This document shows, piece by piece, positions 49,984-59,171 of a DNA stretch of 64,000 nucleotides. The stretch comes from Gemmatimonadales bacterium (GTDB lineage: Bacteria; Gemmatimonadota; Gemmatimonadetes; Gemmatimonadales; GWC2-71-9). Where the stretch lies: positions 160,001 through 224,000 of the forward strand of contig JBFJCP010000002.1 of assembly GCA_041615815.1 (NCBI GenBank). Direction: 5' to 3'. How positions within the stretch are numbered: the stretch's first letter is position 1; each line of letters starts with the position of its first letter. A model generated the notes under the pieces. The model made no database searches, was not told the origin of the DNA, and saw nothing but the letters and a program-made list of their open reading frames with translations. The position numbers and the translations under genes are program-made.

Positions 49984-50640
49984 ATGCGATTCGACGAGTT
50001 GCAGAGCCGGTTACGCCGGCTGGACCCGGCCTGTATTTGCGACGCCGATAAGACGCTTCGCGTCCTGGATCCAGGGATTCGGCCCATCCGGCAGGATCTG
50101 ACGCTGATCGGCCGGGCCCGCACCGTGGTGTGCCACGACGACTTCCTCACGGTGCTCGCAGCCTTGGCGGATGCGACACCCGATGACGTGCTGGTGATCG
50201 ATGGCCGCGGTGGTCGCCGTGCGCTCGCCGGTGAGCTTTTCGCATCGGAGTGCGTGCGGCGGGGAATGGCCGGACTCGTTGTCGACGGCGCCGTCCGCGA
50301 TACCACCGCCCTTCGCCACCTCGCGCTTCCCGTCTACAGTCGACACACCAACCCGATGGCAGGCACGGCCCACCAGTTGTTCGAAACACAAATCGAGATC
50401 AGGTGCGGCGGTGTGTCCGTGCGTCCAGGCGACATTCTGTTTGGCGACGGGGACGGCGTGGTCGTTCTATCGGCAGACGAGTTGACTCACGTGATCGAAC
50501 ACGCGGAGACCATCCAGGAGACAGAGCGACGTGCGTTGGAACGGCTCGCGGCGGGTACGAGCCTCACCGGCCTACTGAATCTGAGGGAGCATCTGGCAGC
50601 CGTGCGAGCCGGCCGTGAGAGCCAGCTCCGGCTCGGGTGA
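49984..50640 (+). CDS. RraA/HMG aldolase-family protein
   Basis: DVLVIDG..ALAGEL...[10 protein letters not shown]...[20 protein letters not shown]. Confidence 0.88.
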   Translation: MRFDELQSRLRRLDPACICDADKTLRVLDPGIRPIRQDLTLIGRARTVVCHDDFLTVLAALADATPDDVLVIDGRGGRRALAGELFASECVRRGMAGLVVDGAVRDTTALRHLALPVYSRHTNPMAGTAHQLFETQIEIRCGGVSVRPGDILFGDGDGVVVLSADELTHVIEHAETIQETERRALERLAAGTSLTGLLNLREHLAAVRAGRESQLRLG

Positions 50641-50768
50641 GACCACGGTGCAACGTCCTCGCACGATCACCGCCTATCCGCGACTCGCGCGCGCATCCGC
50701 CTTCGGATGTCGCGTTCGCCCCTCGAAGGCCGTATTCTAGTGCCAGTTGGACTCCAGGGACACTCGGC

Positions 50769-53315
50769 TTGCTCAATCTCCTCGACGGCCTCAAGGTCGC
50801 GCTCGCCGGCCGCTATGCCATAGATCGGGAAATTGGGCGTGGTGGGATGGCAACGGTTTACCTCGCCCAGGATCTGAAGCACCGGCGTCAAGTCGCCGTG
50901 AAGGCCCTCCGACCCGAGCTCGCTGCAACGATCACCACGGAGCGATTCCTCCGCGAAATCGAGATTGCAGCCGGACTCACCCATTCGCACATCCTCCCCG
51001 TCCACGATTCCGGCGAGGCCGGCGGCTTTCTGTACTTCGTCATGCCGTACATCGAGGGAGAAAACCTGCGCCGCCGCCTGGCTCGTGAGCAGTGGCTCCC
51101 CTTGAGCTTCGCCCTCCAAATCACCCGCGAGGTCGCGGAAGCGCTGGACTACGCTCATCGCCGTCACTTGGTGCATCGCGACATCAAGCCAGAGAACATT
51201 CTTCTGTCCGAGGGCCACGCGTTGGTGGCCGATTTCGGGATCGCGCTGGCCATTAGCGCGGCTGGGGAGGAAACGCTGACCAGGGCCGGCATCGCGATGG
51301 GGACCCCACGGTACATGAGCCCCGAGCAAGCCATGGGCGAGCGGGAGCTCGACGGCCGCTCCGACATCTTCAGTCTCGGCTGCGTCCTCTACGAGATGTT
51401 GGTGGGCTCCACGCCGGGCATCTGGTTCGACGGGCAGGGCGCCGCGGTAGGACGGTTTCGCGACACGCCCCACGAGCATCGCAACCGGCTCGACAGTCTC
51501 CCCCCGGCGGTGCAGCAGGCGTTGGTCACGGCGTTGGCCAAGTTGCCGGATGATCGCTTTCCCACCGCGGAGCTGTTCGCCAAGGCGCTCACCCCACCGC
51601 CCCGCTACAGCGTGATGCAATGGGGATTCCTGCCGAACGCAGACGAGGCGGCCGAGACGGTGCCGATGGCCACGGAGCGCCCGGTCCGACACCGGCGGCG
51701 TCACCTTGGCCGCATCGCCGTCGCCTCTGCCACGGTCGCGCTCGCGGTCCTGCTGGTGATGACGTTCGTGATGCCGTCAATGCCGCCCTGGACGTTCGTC
51801 GTGGTCGCGGCCGTCGCACTTCTCGGCTTCGTCGCCTCCGCCATCCAGCCGCGGACCCTCAAGCTGCTCCGCACAGGTATGCCTCGCGGCCTAGGACCAC
51901 CTGCGCCTCAGCCGCAGCGTGCGACGTCGGCGTCCGGGGATGCACCGGTGGGATCGATCGCCGTACTGCCGTTCGCCGATTTGAGTCCCGCAAGGGACCA
52001 GGAGTACTTCAGCGATGGCATAGCCGAAGAGCTTCTGAACAAGCTCGCAAAGGTCGACGGGCTTCGCGTTGCGGCGCGTACCTCGTCCTTCCACTTCAAG
52101 GGAAAGCACGAGGATGTCCGGCGCATCGGAGAACAATTGGGTGTCGAAACGGTCCTGGAAGGGAGTGTGAGGAAGAGCGAGAACCGGCTACGCATCACGG
52201 CTCAGCTCGTCAGCGCGACGGACGGGTTCCATCTTTGGTCGGAGACCTACGACCGCCAGCTTGCCGACATCTTCACGATACAAGAGGAGATCGCCGAGGC
52301 GATCGTGGATGCGCTCCGGATCCGGCTGCCGGGTGGGAAGGCGGTATCCCTGGCCACGGCGCGAACGCCGAATCTCGAAGCGCACAACCTCTACCTGCAA
52401 GGTCGCTACCTCTGGAACAAACGGACCAAAGCGGGACTGGAGGAAGCGGTTGAGCGCTACCGAGAGGCGATCGAGCGAGATCCCCACTACGCCCTCGCGT
52501 ACGCCGGCCTGGCGGACGCCTACCTCCTGCTCGGGACATACCGCCATATGGGGCGGGCGGAGGCGCTACGCCGTGCCAAGCAGGCTGCAGAGCAGGCGCT
52601 CGACTTGGACGAGACACTGGCAGAAGCTCATACCTCACGCGGACAGGTTCTGCGATCGGAGCGAAACTGGGATGCCGAGGAGCGGGAATATCAACGTGCG
52701 ATCGCACTCAACCCCAGCTACGCAACGGCCCATCATTGGTATGCCACGCTGCTGAGCTCGTTGGGGCGCTCCGACGAGGCTCTCCGTGAGATCCGGCGGG
52801 CGGAGGAGCTCGACCCGCTGTCGCACGCCATCAGCGTCACGGTGGCCGTGGTGTTGTTCCTTGCCGGTGAGTATGACCGTGCCATCGAACAACTGCGGAA
52901 CGCGCTCAAACTGGAGCCGAACTTCTTCTCTGCCTATCGGGTCCTCGGCACCACATACGCGCAGCTTGGACGCTACGACGAAGCGATCCGAGCGACACAG
53001 CGCGCGATGGAGTTGAGTCCCGTAAACCCTGATATCCCCGTGGCGCTGGGATACATCTATGCTCGTACCGGGCGGTCAGCGGAAGCACGACGGATCATCG
53101 AGCGAGCGAGAGCCGGGGAGGCGGATCCGGGCTACGTAGCGCTCGTGTACGCGGCGCTCGGTGAGCCGGATCGTGCGTTCGAGTGCCTGGAGGAAGCATT
53201 TGCGAAGGAGTCGTGGGCGTTCTTATTCATGATCAAGGTGGGCCCCTGGTTCGATCCTCTGCGCCCTGACCCACGGTTCAACGACTTGGTGCGCCGCATG
53301 AAGTTGCCCGAGTGA
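50769..53315 (+). CDS. Hanks-type Ser/Thr protein kinase with TM segments, TolB-like domain and TPR repeats
   Basis: GRGGMATVY, VAVK, HRDIKPENIL, DFGIA, GTPRYMSPEQ; SIAVLPF...EYFSDG; TPRs. Start (TTG) approximate. Confidence 0.92.
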   Translation: MLNLLDGLKVALAGRYAIDREIGRGGMATVYLAQDLKHRRQVAVKALRPELAATITTERFLREIEIAAGLTHSHILPVHDSGEAGGFLYFVMPYIEGENLRRRLAREQWLPLSFALQITREVAEALDYAHRRHLVHRDIKPENILLSEGHALVADFGIALAISAAGEETLTRAGIAMGTPRYMSPEQAMGERELDGRSDIFSLGCVLYEMLVGSTPGIWFDGQGAAVGRFRDTPHEHRNRLDSLPPAVQQALVTALAKLPDDRFPTAELFAKALTPPPRYSVMQWGFLPNADEAAETVPMATERPVRHRRRHLGRIAVASATVALAVLLVMTFVMPSMPPWTFVVVAAVALLGFVASAIQPRTLKLLRTGMPRGLGPPAPQPQRATSASGDAPVGSIAVLPFADLSPARDQEYFSDGIAEELLNKLAKVDGLRVAARTSSFHFKGKHEDVRRIGEQLGVETVLEGSVRKSENRLRITAQLVSATDGFHLWSETYDRQLADIFTIQEEIAEAIVDALRIRLPGGKAVSLATARTPNLEAHNLYLQGRYLWNKRTKAGLEEAVERYREAIERDPHYALAYAGLADAYLLLGTYRHMGRAEALRRAKQAAEQALDLDETLAEAHTSRGQVLRSERNWDAEEREYQRAIALNPSYATAHHWYATLLSSLGRSDEALREIRRAEELDPLSHAISVTVAVVLFLAGEYDRAIEQLRNALKLEPNFFSAYRVLGTTYAQLGRYDEAIRATQRAMELSPVNPDIPVALGYIYARTGRSAEARRIIERARAGEADPGYVALVYAALGEPDRAFECLEEAFAKESWAFLFMIKVGPWFDPLRPDPRFNDLVRRMKLPE

Positions 53316-53438
53316 GGGCTATCCCGGTCGTCCGAGCCCGCCCCTCCCGCCATTCCGCCGTCTTGGGACCTGATCCCCCGAGAATGAGGCCTACCGCACA
53401 GTTGCCGCCACCCAACGCCGCTACTGTCATCCGTGACC

Positions 53439-54230
53439 ATGTGGAAGCCCCTCGTCTCCTCGGCCGCGCTCCTACTTGTTTCCGGAACGGGAGCGCAACT
53501 CCCCGCCCAGGAGTGCCGGGGCTTTCGCCAGTGCTACAATCTCGCGGCTGACGCCAGGACCGCTGGCGACACGGGCCTGGCCATTCACGCCTACAGCGAC
53601 GCTTGTGCCCTTCCGGTAGAACGAGTCTACGGAGCCCTTCAGATCGCCGCCTGCGAATACGTCATCAGCCTGAGCGGCGCTACCGATGGACATGCGAGCA
53701 GCGACGCGTACTTCCGCGGGCGCTGTGAAGCCGGGTCGGATCAGGCGTGCTTCTTCCTGGGCAAGATGGAAGCAGCGCGAGATAGCCTCGAAGCCGCGCT
53801 CGCGCTCCTCCGCCCACTCTGCGACGCGCGCTTCGAGCTTCCCGCCGTACACGGGTATACCGCGTGCACGCAGCTCCGACGCATCGCACAGGTCGTTGAG
53901 GCACGCGAGCCGGAGATGTTGCGCACCGGGCCGCTCCAGCTCGGGGCCTTCCTGGGCGTCCTGTTCCTCACGCTCGTATCGGCGGCGGCGTGTGTCCGCG
54001 CGCTCGTAACCAAGTCGCCCACACTCGCTACGTGGTGCCTCGCGAGTTCCGGACTCGCCTTGCTCGTCTACGGATACTACGAGAGCGGCATCCCGTCGCA
54101 CTATGCCATCCGTATCGATCTCCTCCTCATCCTACCGGCGCTGATAGCCAATCTCGTCTTGATCGTCATCGCTTCGATCTGGCTGGCACGGCGGAGAGGC
54201 CGCATCGACGTCCCCAACTCCACGACTTGA
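53439..54230 (+). CDS. Hypothetical exported Cys-rich (Sel1/Hcp-like) protein with C-terminal TM helices
   Basis: Signal peptide, paired Cys (ACxxLG-like units), three C-terminal hydrophobic segments. Confidence 0.55.
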   Translation: MWKPLVSSAALLLVSGTGAQLPAQECRGFRQCYNLAADARTAGDTGLAIHAYSDACALPVERVYGALQIAACEYVISLSGATDGHASSDAYFRGRCEAGSDQACFFLGKMEAARDSLEAALALLRPLCDARFELPAVHGYTACTQLRRIAQVVEAREPEMLRTGPLQLGAFLGVLFLTLVSAAACVRALVTKSPTLATWCLASSGLALLVYGYYESGIPSHYAIRIDLLLILPALIANLVLIVIASIWLARRRGRIDVPNSTT

Positions 54231-54269
54231 TCCTCGCCCCGCCGACCGTTCGAGCCGTCGCGTCAGAAG

Positions 54270-54298
54270 TTGCTATTTTGTAGCATTTGCTCCAATAT
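54270..54298 (+). promoter_or_regulatory. Promoter with overlapping palindromic operator for the TetR operon
   Basis: TTGCTA (54270-54275), 17 nt, CAATAT (54293-54298); TTGTAGCA-tt-TGCTCCAA inverted repeat within the spacer. Confidence 0.65.
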
Positions 54299-54328
54299 TG
54301 GCGTTGTCCACTCCTCACGACGCAACCG

Positions 54329-54979
54329 ATGAAGCCAACCGCGGGAACGACATCCATTACAACACCGGCCGGCCCTCGCGGCGCGGGACGACCGCGCTCG
54401 TTCGATCACGACGCGGTCTTGGACGCGGCGGTGGAAGTCTTCTGGGGAAACGGATTTCGCGGCACGACCACTCGGGATCTGGAAGCGGCGCTTGGGCTCG
54501 CGCCTTCCTCAATCTATAACGCGTTCGGGTCGAAACGTGATCTGTTGACCGCGGCGCTCGACCGCTACGAGCGGCAGATCACCGATTCGCTGTTAGGTCC
54601 GCTCGAGACCTCAAACGAGGGCCTCGCAGCCCTCGACGCATTCTTTTGCTCCGTTGGGACATGGATTGCCGCGCACCGCCGCCAGGGTTGCTTGCTGATC
54701 AACACCATGGCCGAGGATGGCGGAACGACGGATCGCATCACCCGGCGCGCCAGCCAGTACCGGCTTCGGCTGCGCCGCGCCTTCCATGGAGCACTCATTC
54801 GATCCGCCGCAGCCGGTGAGACGAACGACGATCACCTCGAGGCACGTGCCGATCTGCTGTTGAGCGCTCTGCTGGGTCTCAACATCGCGGCGCGCGGCGG
54901 GGCCACGCCCGCCGAGCTCGGCCGTCTCACCACAGGAGTGCGTACACAAGTCGAAGGTTGGCGCGTCACCGAGACATGA
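54329..54979 (+). CDS. TetR/AcrR-family regulator (NemR/ComR-like)
   Basis: GRPRSFD...VFW..GF..TT..DL...SSIYNAFGSKRDL; GCLLIN motif. Confidence 0.92.
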   Translation: MKPTAGTTSITTPAGPRGAGRPRSFDHDAVLDAAVEVFWGNGFRGTTTRDLEAALGLAPSSIYNAFGSKRDLLTAALDRYERQITDSLLGPLETSNEGLAALDAFFCSVGTWIAAHRRQGCLLINTMAEDGGTTDRITRRASQYRLRLRRAFHGALIRSAAAGETNDDHLEARADLLLSALLGLNIAARGGATPAELGRLTTGVRTQVEGWRVTET

Positions 54980-55013
54980 GCTGGACACCCATCACTCTTC
55001 TCCGAGGGAATCC

Positions 55014-55595
55014 ATGACCACCCGAATCAAGCCGCTCAAACCGGGCGAGAGCCCCGATACTGCCGTGAACGAGTTGCTCGAACAGGGTCGCGATGGCTGG
55101 TGGAGCGACTCGGCGATGTTCGGCGTCATCGGGCGCTGTCCCGAATTGCTCAAGACCATCGTTCCCGTGTTCGGCGCGTTCTTCGGCGCCGGAAAGGTGG
55201 AACCCCACATTCACGAACTGATGCGTATCAAGACGGGGACCATCAACGACTGCGCGTACTGAATGACGGTCCGAACCGCCGCCGTGCGCGGCGATGTGGC
55301 CCCCAAAGAAGCCGAGTGTCAGAAACACCAGCCCAAGGCCGGTGCGGTGCTCAACCAGCGCGAGGCATTGGCCGTTTCGTTGGCCGAGCGGATCGCCCTC
55401 GATCCGCATACCGTGACGGATGACTTCTTCGCGGACTTGAAGCGCGTGTTCACCGAAGAGGAGATCGTCGAGATGGTCTTCGCCTGCGGCATCTTCAATT
55501 GGGGAAACAAATTCAATATCACGATGCACATGGATTCCGACGACACGAGCGAGTACGAGCGAGACATGCCGTACCGCCAGGAGCAACTGGTGTGA
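55014..55595 (+). CDS. AhpD/carboxymuconolactone-decarboxylase-family protein, probable selenoprotein (CxxU; in-frame UGA at 55260-55262)
   Basis: ORFs 55014-55262 and 55263-55595 are in the same frame; ELMRIKTGTINDCAY-UGA matches the AhpD CxxC site; the second half holds the C-terminal CMD helices (REALAVSLAE..., FTEEEIVEM...FNWGNKFN). Confidence 0.8.
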
Positions 55596-55930
55596 GCCTG
55601 ATCGACGAGCTGGATGGGGTCGCGCTGGGAAGGGTGCTGCATGACGAAGGACGGGGTGTCGTGGTCGACTTCTGGTCTCCTTGGTGCGCGCCTTGCCGCG
55701 CCTTGCGCCCCCACCTGCACAAGATGGCGGAGGACCGCGCTGACGTGTGGCGTTTCGTGGCGGTGAACACCGAAGCACATCCAACAGTGGCCGAGGACTA
55801 CGACGTGCGCTCGCTGCCCACGCTGGTGCTGTTTCGCGACGGGGAAGAGATCTCCCGTCTCGCAGGAGGCATCACGCTGTCGGCGGTTGCGGCCACCCTG
55901 GACGATCTGGACTTGCCACGCGGCGCGTAG
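55592..55930 (+). CDS. Thioredoxin
   Basis: VVVDFWSPWCAPC, cis-Pro SLPTL; GTG overlaps upstream TGA. Confidence 0.9.
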   Translation: MSLIDELDGVALGRVLHDEGRGVVVDFWSPWCAPCRALRPHLHKMAEDRADVWRFVAVNTEAHPTVAEDYDVRSLPTLVLFRDGEEISRLAGGITLSAVAATLDDLDLPRGA

Positions 55931-55973
55931 CGTGGAGCGGGCAGGACGTAGTGATCTCTGCGAATGCCATGTT

Positions 55974-56645
55974 CTACGGCTTCCTGTTCCTCCGCTCGAA
56001 CAGGGTCTCCCACCCCCGCTGGATCGCCCGGGCGGATCCCAGCCCCACGGCCACGGCGAACGCTACGCCAATGGCACCAAACCCAATCAGGAACGCGGAT
56101 AGGACGATCTCACGCGCGAAGTTGAGCTGCCACAGCGCCAGCGCTCCGACGACCGCGAGCAACGCGGCCTTGAGGAGCTTGCCGGCGAGTCTGGCATATG
56201 GCGCCTCCTCCTCTTCGAGCGCATCCTCCACGCGTCTGGCGGTCGTATTGGCGAGAAACAGCCCGATGCCCACGATGAAGGCGGCGAGTGCGAGGTTGGG
56301 CAGGTAGGTGATCCCCGTCTCCAGCATGCGCGAGAGCACCGTCAGGCCCCAGATCTGCAGTGCGTTGTCCAGAAACACGACGATGACGACGACCATGGCG
56401 ATCGTGCCAAGCAGATTGTAGAGCGCGGCGCGAACGTCACCCTTGCCGAACGCCGCGCGCCACGCGACCCGCCCGCCCAGTCGGTCCAGGCGAAGAAGAA
56501 TCAGGATGCGAATCACCACCCGCTTGGCCACCCATCCCACTGCCACGCCCAGTGCCAGCACCACGACACCGGCGGCCAACGTGGGTGCATAGTCCGTGAA
56601 GCGCTGACTGAACTCCGCCAGCGGGCCAGCGGATTGCGTTTGCAT
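55974..56645 (-). CDS. TM-helix-repeat (MscS/CmpX-like) membrane protein
   Basis: YLPNL, AFAVAVGLG; lacks the MscS cytoplasmic beta domain. Confidence 0.72.
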   Translation of the reverse strand: MQTQSAGPLAEFSQRFTDYAPTLAAGVVVLALGVAVGWVAKRVVIRILILLRLDRLGGRVAWRAAFGKGDVRAALYNLLGTIAMVVVIVVFLDNALQIWGLTVLSRMLETGITYLPNLALAAFIVGIGLFLANTTARRVEDALEEEEAPYARLAGKLLKAALLAVVGALALWQLNFAREIVLSAFLIGFGAIGVAFAVAVGLGSARAIQRGWETLFERRNRKP

Positions 56646-56650
56646 GTCGC

Positions 56651-58891
56651 TCAGCTCCTCGTGAAGAAGACCCGCTCGAACCGGCGGGCGCGCTCCTCGG
56701 GCACGTCCCGCACCACGACCACCGGGTTTCTCCCACGTTTCGCAATCAACGCGGGAATCGTCTCTCCCACGATGGGCACCACCGGCCCGGTGGTGGGGGC
56801 ACCGATGAGCACCAATTCGCCCCGGCCGATGGCTCGCGTGAGTCCATGACCGATGTCCCGCCGCCTGAGGACGTCGAGCTTACCGTCATAGGAAGCCGAT
56901 GCCAGGGTGGCTCGCGCTTCGCTTGCCAGGTTTTCCGCGACGTCCGGTGTGATATCGCGCTCGATGACGGTGAGTGCACGAATCGGGGCATCGTACCATT
57001 CGGCGAATGCCGGTCCGAGTTCGGCCGCGAGCTGTGAGTTCTCGCCTTTGGTCACCGGAACAACGATTCGTCCCACCGTACCGTGATCGACTCCACCATA
57101 GACGACACCGACCTGACACGGCGCATCCTGCAGCACCCGCTCCACGATGGACGAGACGATACGCTCGAAGACGGACTGCGGGTACGGTTGGCCCATGATG
57201 AGGAAGTTGCAGCCTTCTTCCCGCGCGGCTTGGGCAAGCGAGTGACTGATGCGTCGTCCGATCTTCACAACCGGTCGGGCAACGACTCCCCGCTCTCGGG
57301 CGTAGCGCACCGCGTCATCGAGGACCGGCTCGAGCTCGCGGAGCTGTCGCCGGCCGGCGAGGAGCGTTTCGCCCTCCGGCACTTCGGCCACCGTCACCGC
57401 CACCACCTCTCCATTGTGTTTTTTGGCGATGGCCAATGCCACGTCCATGAGCGAAGCGACCGTACGAGGAGCGGAGATCGCGACGAGCACCCGATATTCC
57501 TTCCGCTCGATGCGCTCCATCCATGCTTCCCGCTCCCCGAACGCCGTCTCACGTTTCTTGCTGTACACGTAGTAGAACACCGAGCCCAGCACGATCCACC
57601 CACCGGCCGCCAGCCACGCGAGCGGGTAGTCGATGAACATGAACACGGCGAGGAACAACATGGTCGCGATCGCGAGCAGGGGGGTGAAGGGTACGAACGG
57701 CACCCGAAAACCGCGGTCCAGCTCGGGGTGAGACTTCCGCAGGCGGATCAACGCCACGTTGACGCCGCCGAACAACAAGAGAAACATCACGCTGGCCGCC
57801 GCCGCCACCTGCTCGATGGGGAGTGCCACGGCCATCCCGACGATGATGAGCGTGGAGAACAGAACCGCGTAGTGGGGCGTTGCATGTTTCTTGTGGACTT
57901 GCGCCACAAACCGTGGAAGACTCGCATCCCGTGCCATCGCGAACGCAACCCGAGAAGACGAGTAGATAGTCGCATTCAACGCCGAGAGGGTCGACAAGAG
58001 ACCCCCAACGAGGATCACCAGGGCGCCACCCACGAAGAATTGATCCGCCGCCGATACCAGGGCGATCTCTTTCTCGGCCCCGAGATATTCCCACACGGCC
58101 ATCCCGGCTGGCGGTGAGACGGCCCCGATCGCCACCAGCGCGATCAACACATAGATCGGGATGACGATGACCAGCGAAAGAAACACGGCGCGCGGTACGT
58201 TGCGTTTGGGATCCTCGACCTCCTCGCTGGTCTGCGCGATGATCTCGTACCCTTCGAAGGCGATATACGTGAGTCCCATCGCAGCGAAAACGCCGGCCCA
58301 CCCACGGGTCATGAACGGAGTGAACGCACCGTCCCACCCCGGGCGGTTGATCATCACCCAGAGACCGACGGCAATGAAGACACCCAGGACGAGGAGTTTC
58401 CCCAAGGTGACCACATTGCCAGCCTTGCCGGCCTCGGAGGCACCCCGGTAGTTGATGTAGGAAAAGAGCGCGCAGGCCCCAACGGCCAACCAGATCTGGA
58501 AGCTCGCCAACGGCAGCTGGGGATCCGCGATCCCGGAAACCGCCAGGACTTCGCGGAAGTACGCGCCAAACCCCAACGCATACAGCGAGCAGGCCACGGC
58601 ATGGGCAAACCAATCCATCCAGCCCGCGAGGAACCCACTGGGGTCGGGGAGGGATCGTTTGATCCAGAGATAGCCACCGCCGGCTCCGTGAATGGCGCTG
58701 CCGAGTTCGGCATAGGCCATGGCCGTCAGTAATGCGACCGCACCATTCAACAGGAAGACGATGAGAAGTGCCGGCCCGGCAACCCCCGCAGCGATCCCCG
58801 TCAGCACGAAGATGCCGGCTCCGATCATGGCACCGACACCGATCATCGTGACATCGATCAACCGCATTTCGCGGCTCAGACGGACTTCCAT
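56651..58891 (-). CDS. APC-family amino acid permease with C-terminal universal-stress-protein domains
   Basis: GVGAMIGAGIF, AGGGY, FEGYE, EEVEDPKRNVP; C-terminal USP-like RVLVAI...ERVLQDAPC. Confidence 0.9.
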   Translation of the reverse strand: MEVRLSREMRLIDVTMIGVGAMIGAGIFVLTGIAAGVAGPALLIVFLLNGAVALLTAMAYAELGSAIHGAGGGYLWIKRSLPDPSGFLAGWMDWFAHAVACSLYALGFGAYFREVLAVSGIADPQLPLASFQIWLAVGACALFSYINYRGASEAGKAGNVVTLGKLLVLGVFIAVGLWVMINRPGWDGAFTPFMTRGWAGVFAAMGLTYIAFEGYEIIAQTSEEVEDPKRNVPRAVFLSLVIVIPIYVLIALVAIGAVSPPAGMAVWEYLGAEKEIALVSAADQFFVGGALVILVGGLLSTLSALNATIYSSSRVAFAMARDASLPRFVAQVHKKHATPHYAVLFSTLIIVGMAVALPIEQVAAAASVMFLLLFGGVNVALIRLRKSHPELDRGFRVPFVPFTPLLAIATMLFLAVFMFIDYPLAWLAAGGWIVLGSVFYYVYSKKRETAFGEREAWMERIERKEYRVLVAISAPRTVASLMDVALAIAKKHNGEVVAVTVAEVPEGETLLAGRRQLRELEPVLDDAVRYARERGVVARPVVKIGRRISHSLAQAAREEGCNFLIMGQPYPQSVFERIVSSIVERVLQDAPCQVGVVYGGVDHGTVGRIVVPVTKGENSQLAAELGPAFAEWYDAPIRALTVIERDITPDVAENLASEARATLASASYDGKLDVLRRRDIGHGLTRAIGRGELVLIGAPTTGPVVPIVGETIPALIAKRGRNPVVVVRDVPEERARRFERVFFTRS

Positions 58892-59171
58892 GGCCACGGC
58901 CGGCTCCCTACGGAGAGCGGTGTGAGAGAGTGCGCATCGCCGGAGCGGTCCGCAAGGGTTGGCCACGAGCTGTCTTGACCGTCCGGCTTCGGACAGCGCG
59001 TCCCACCTTCGAGCACGCACCCCCGGACGCGGCGAGGCTCCAACAAGCCCTAACCCTCAGGGCGCAGCGAGATTACCCTCCCGACAACCTGGGGCACGGG
59101 GGTTGCCCTCTTCGCGGTGGTCGGACTCGATCGACCCTCAACCCGGCAGTGCTGGAATCACGAGGATCCCC

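Noticed and set aside
55014..55595. Pseudogene or two independent small genes
   Set aside because: The stop is UGA, lies exactly at the catalytic Cys position, and both halves are intact parts of one fold. Kept only as a lower-probability alternative.
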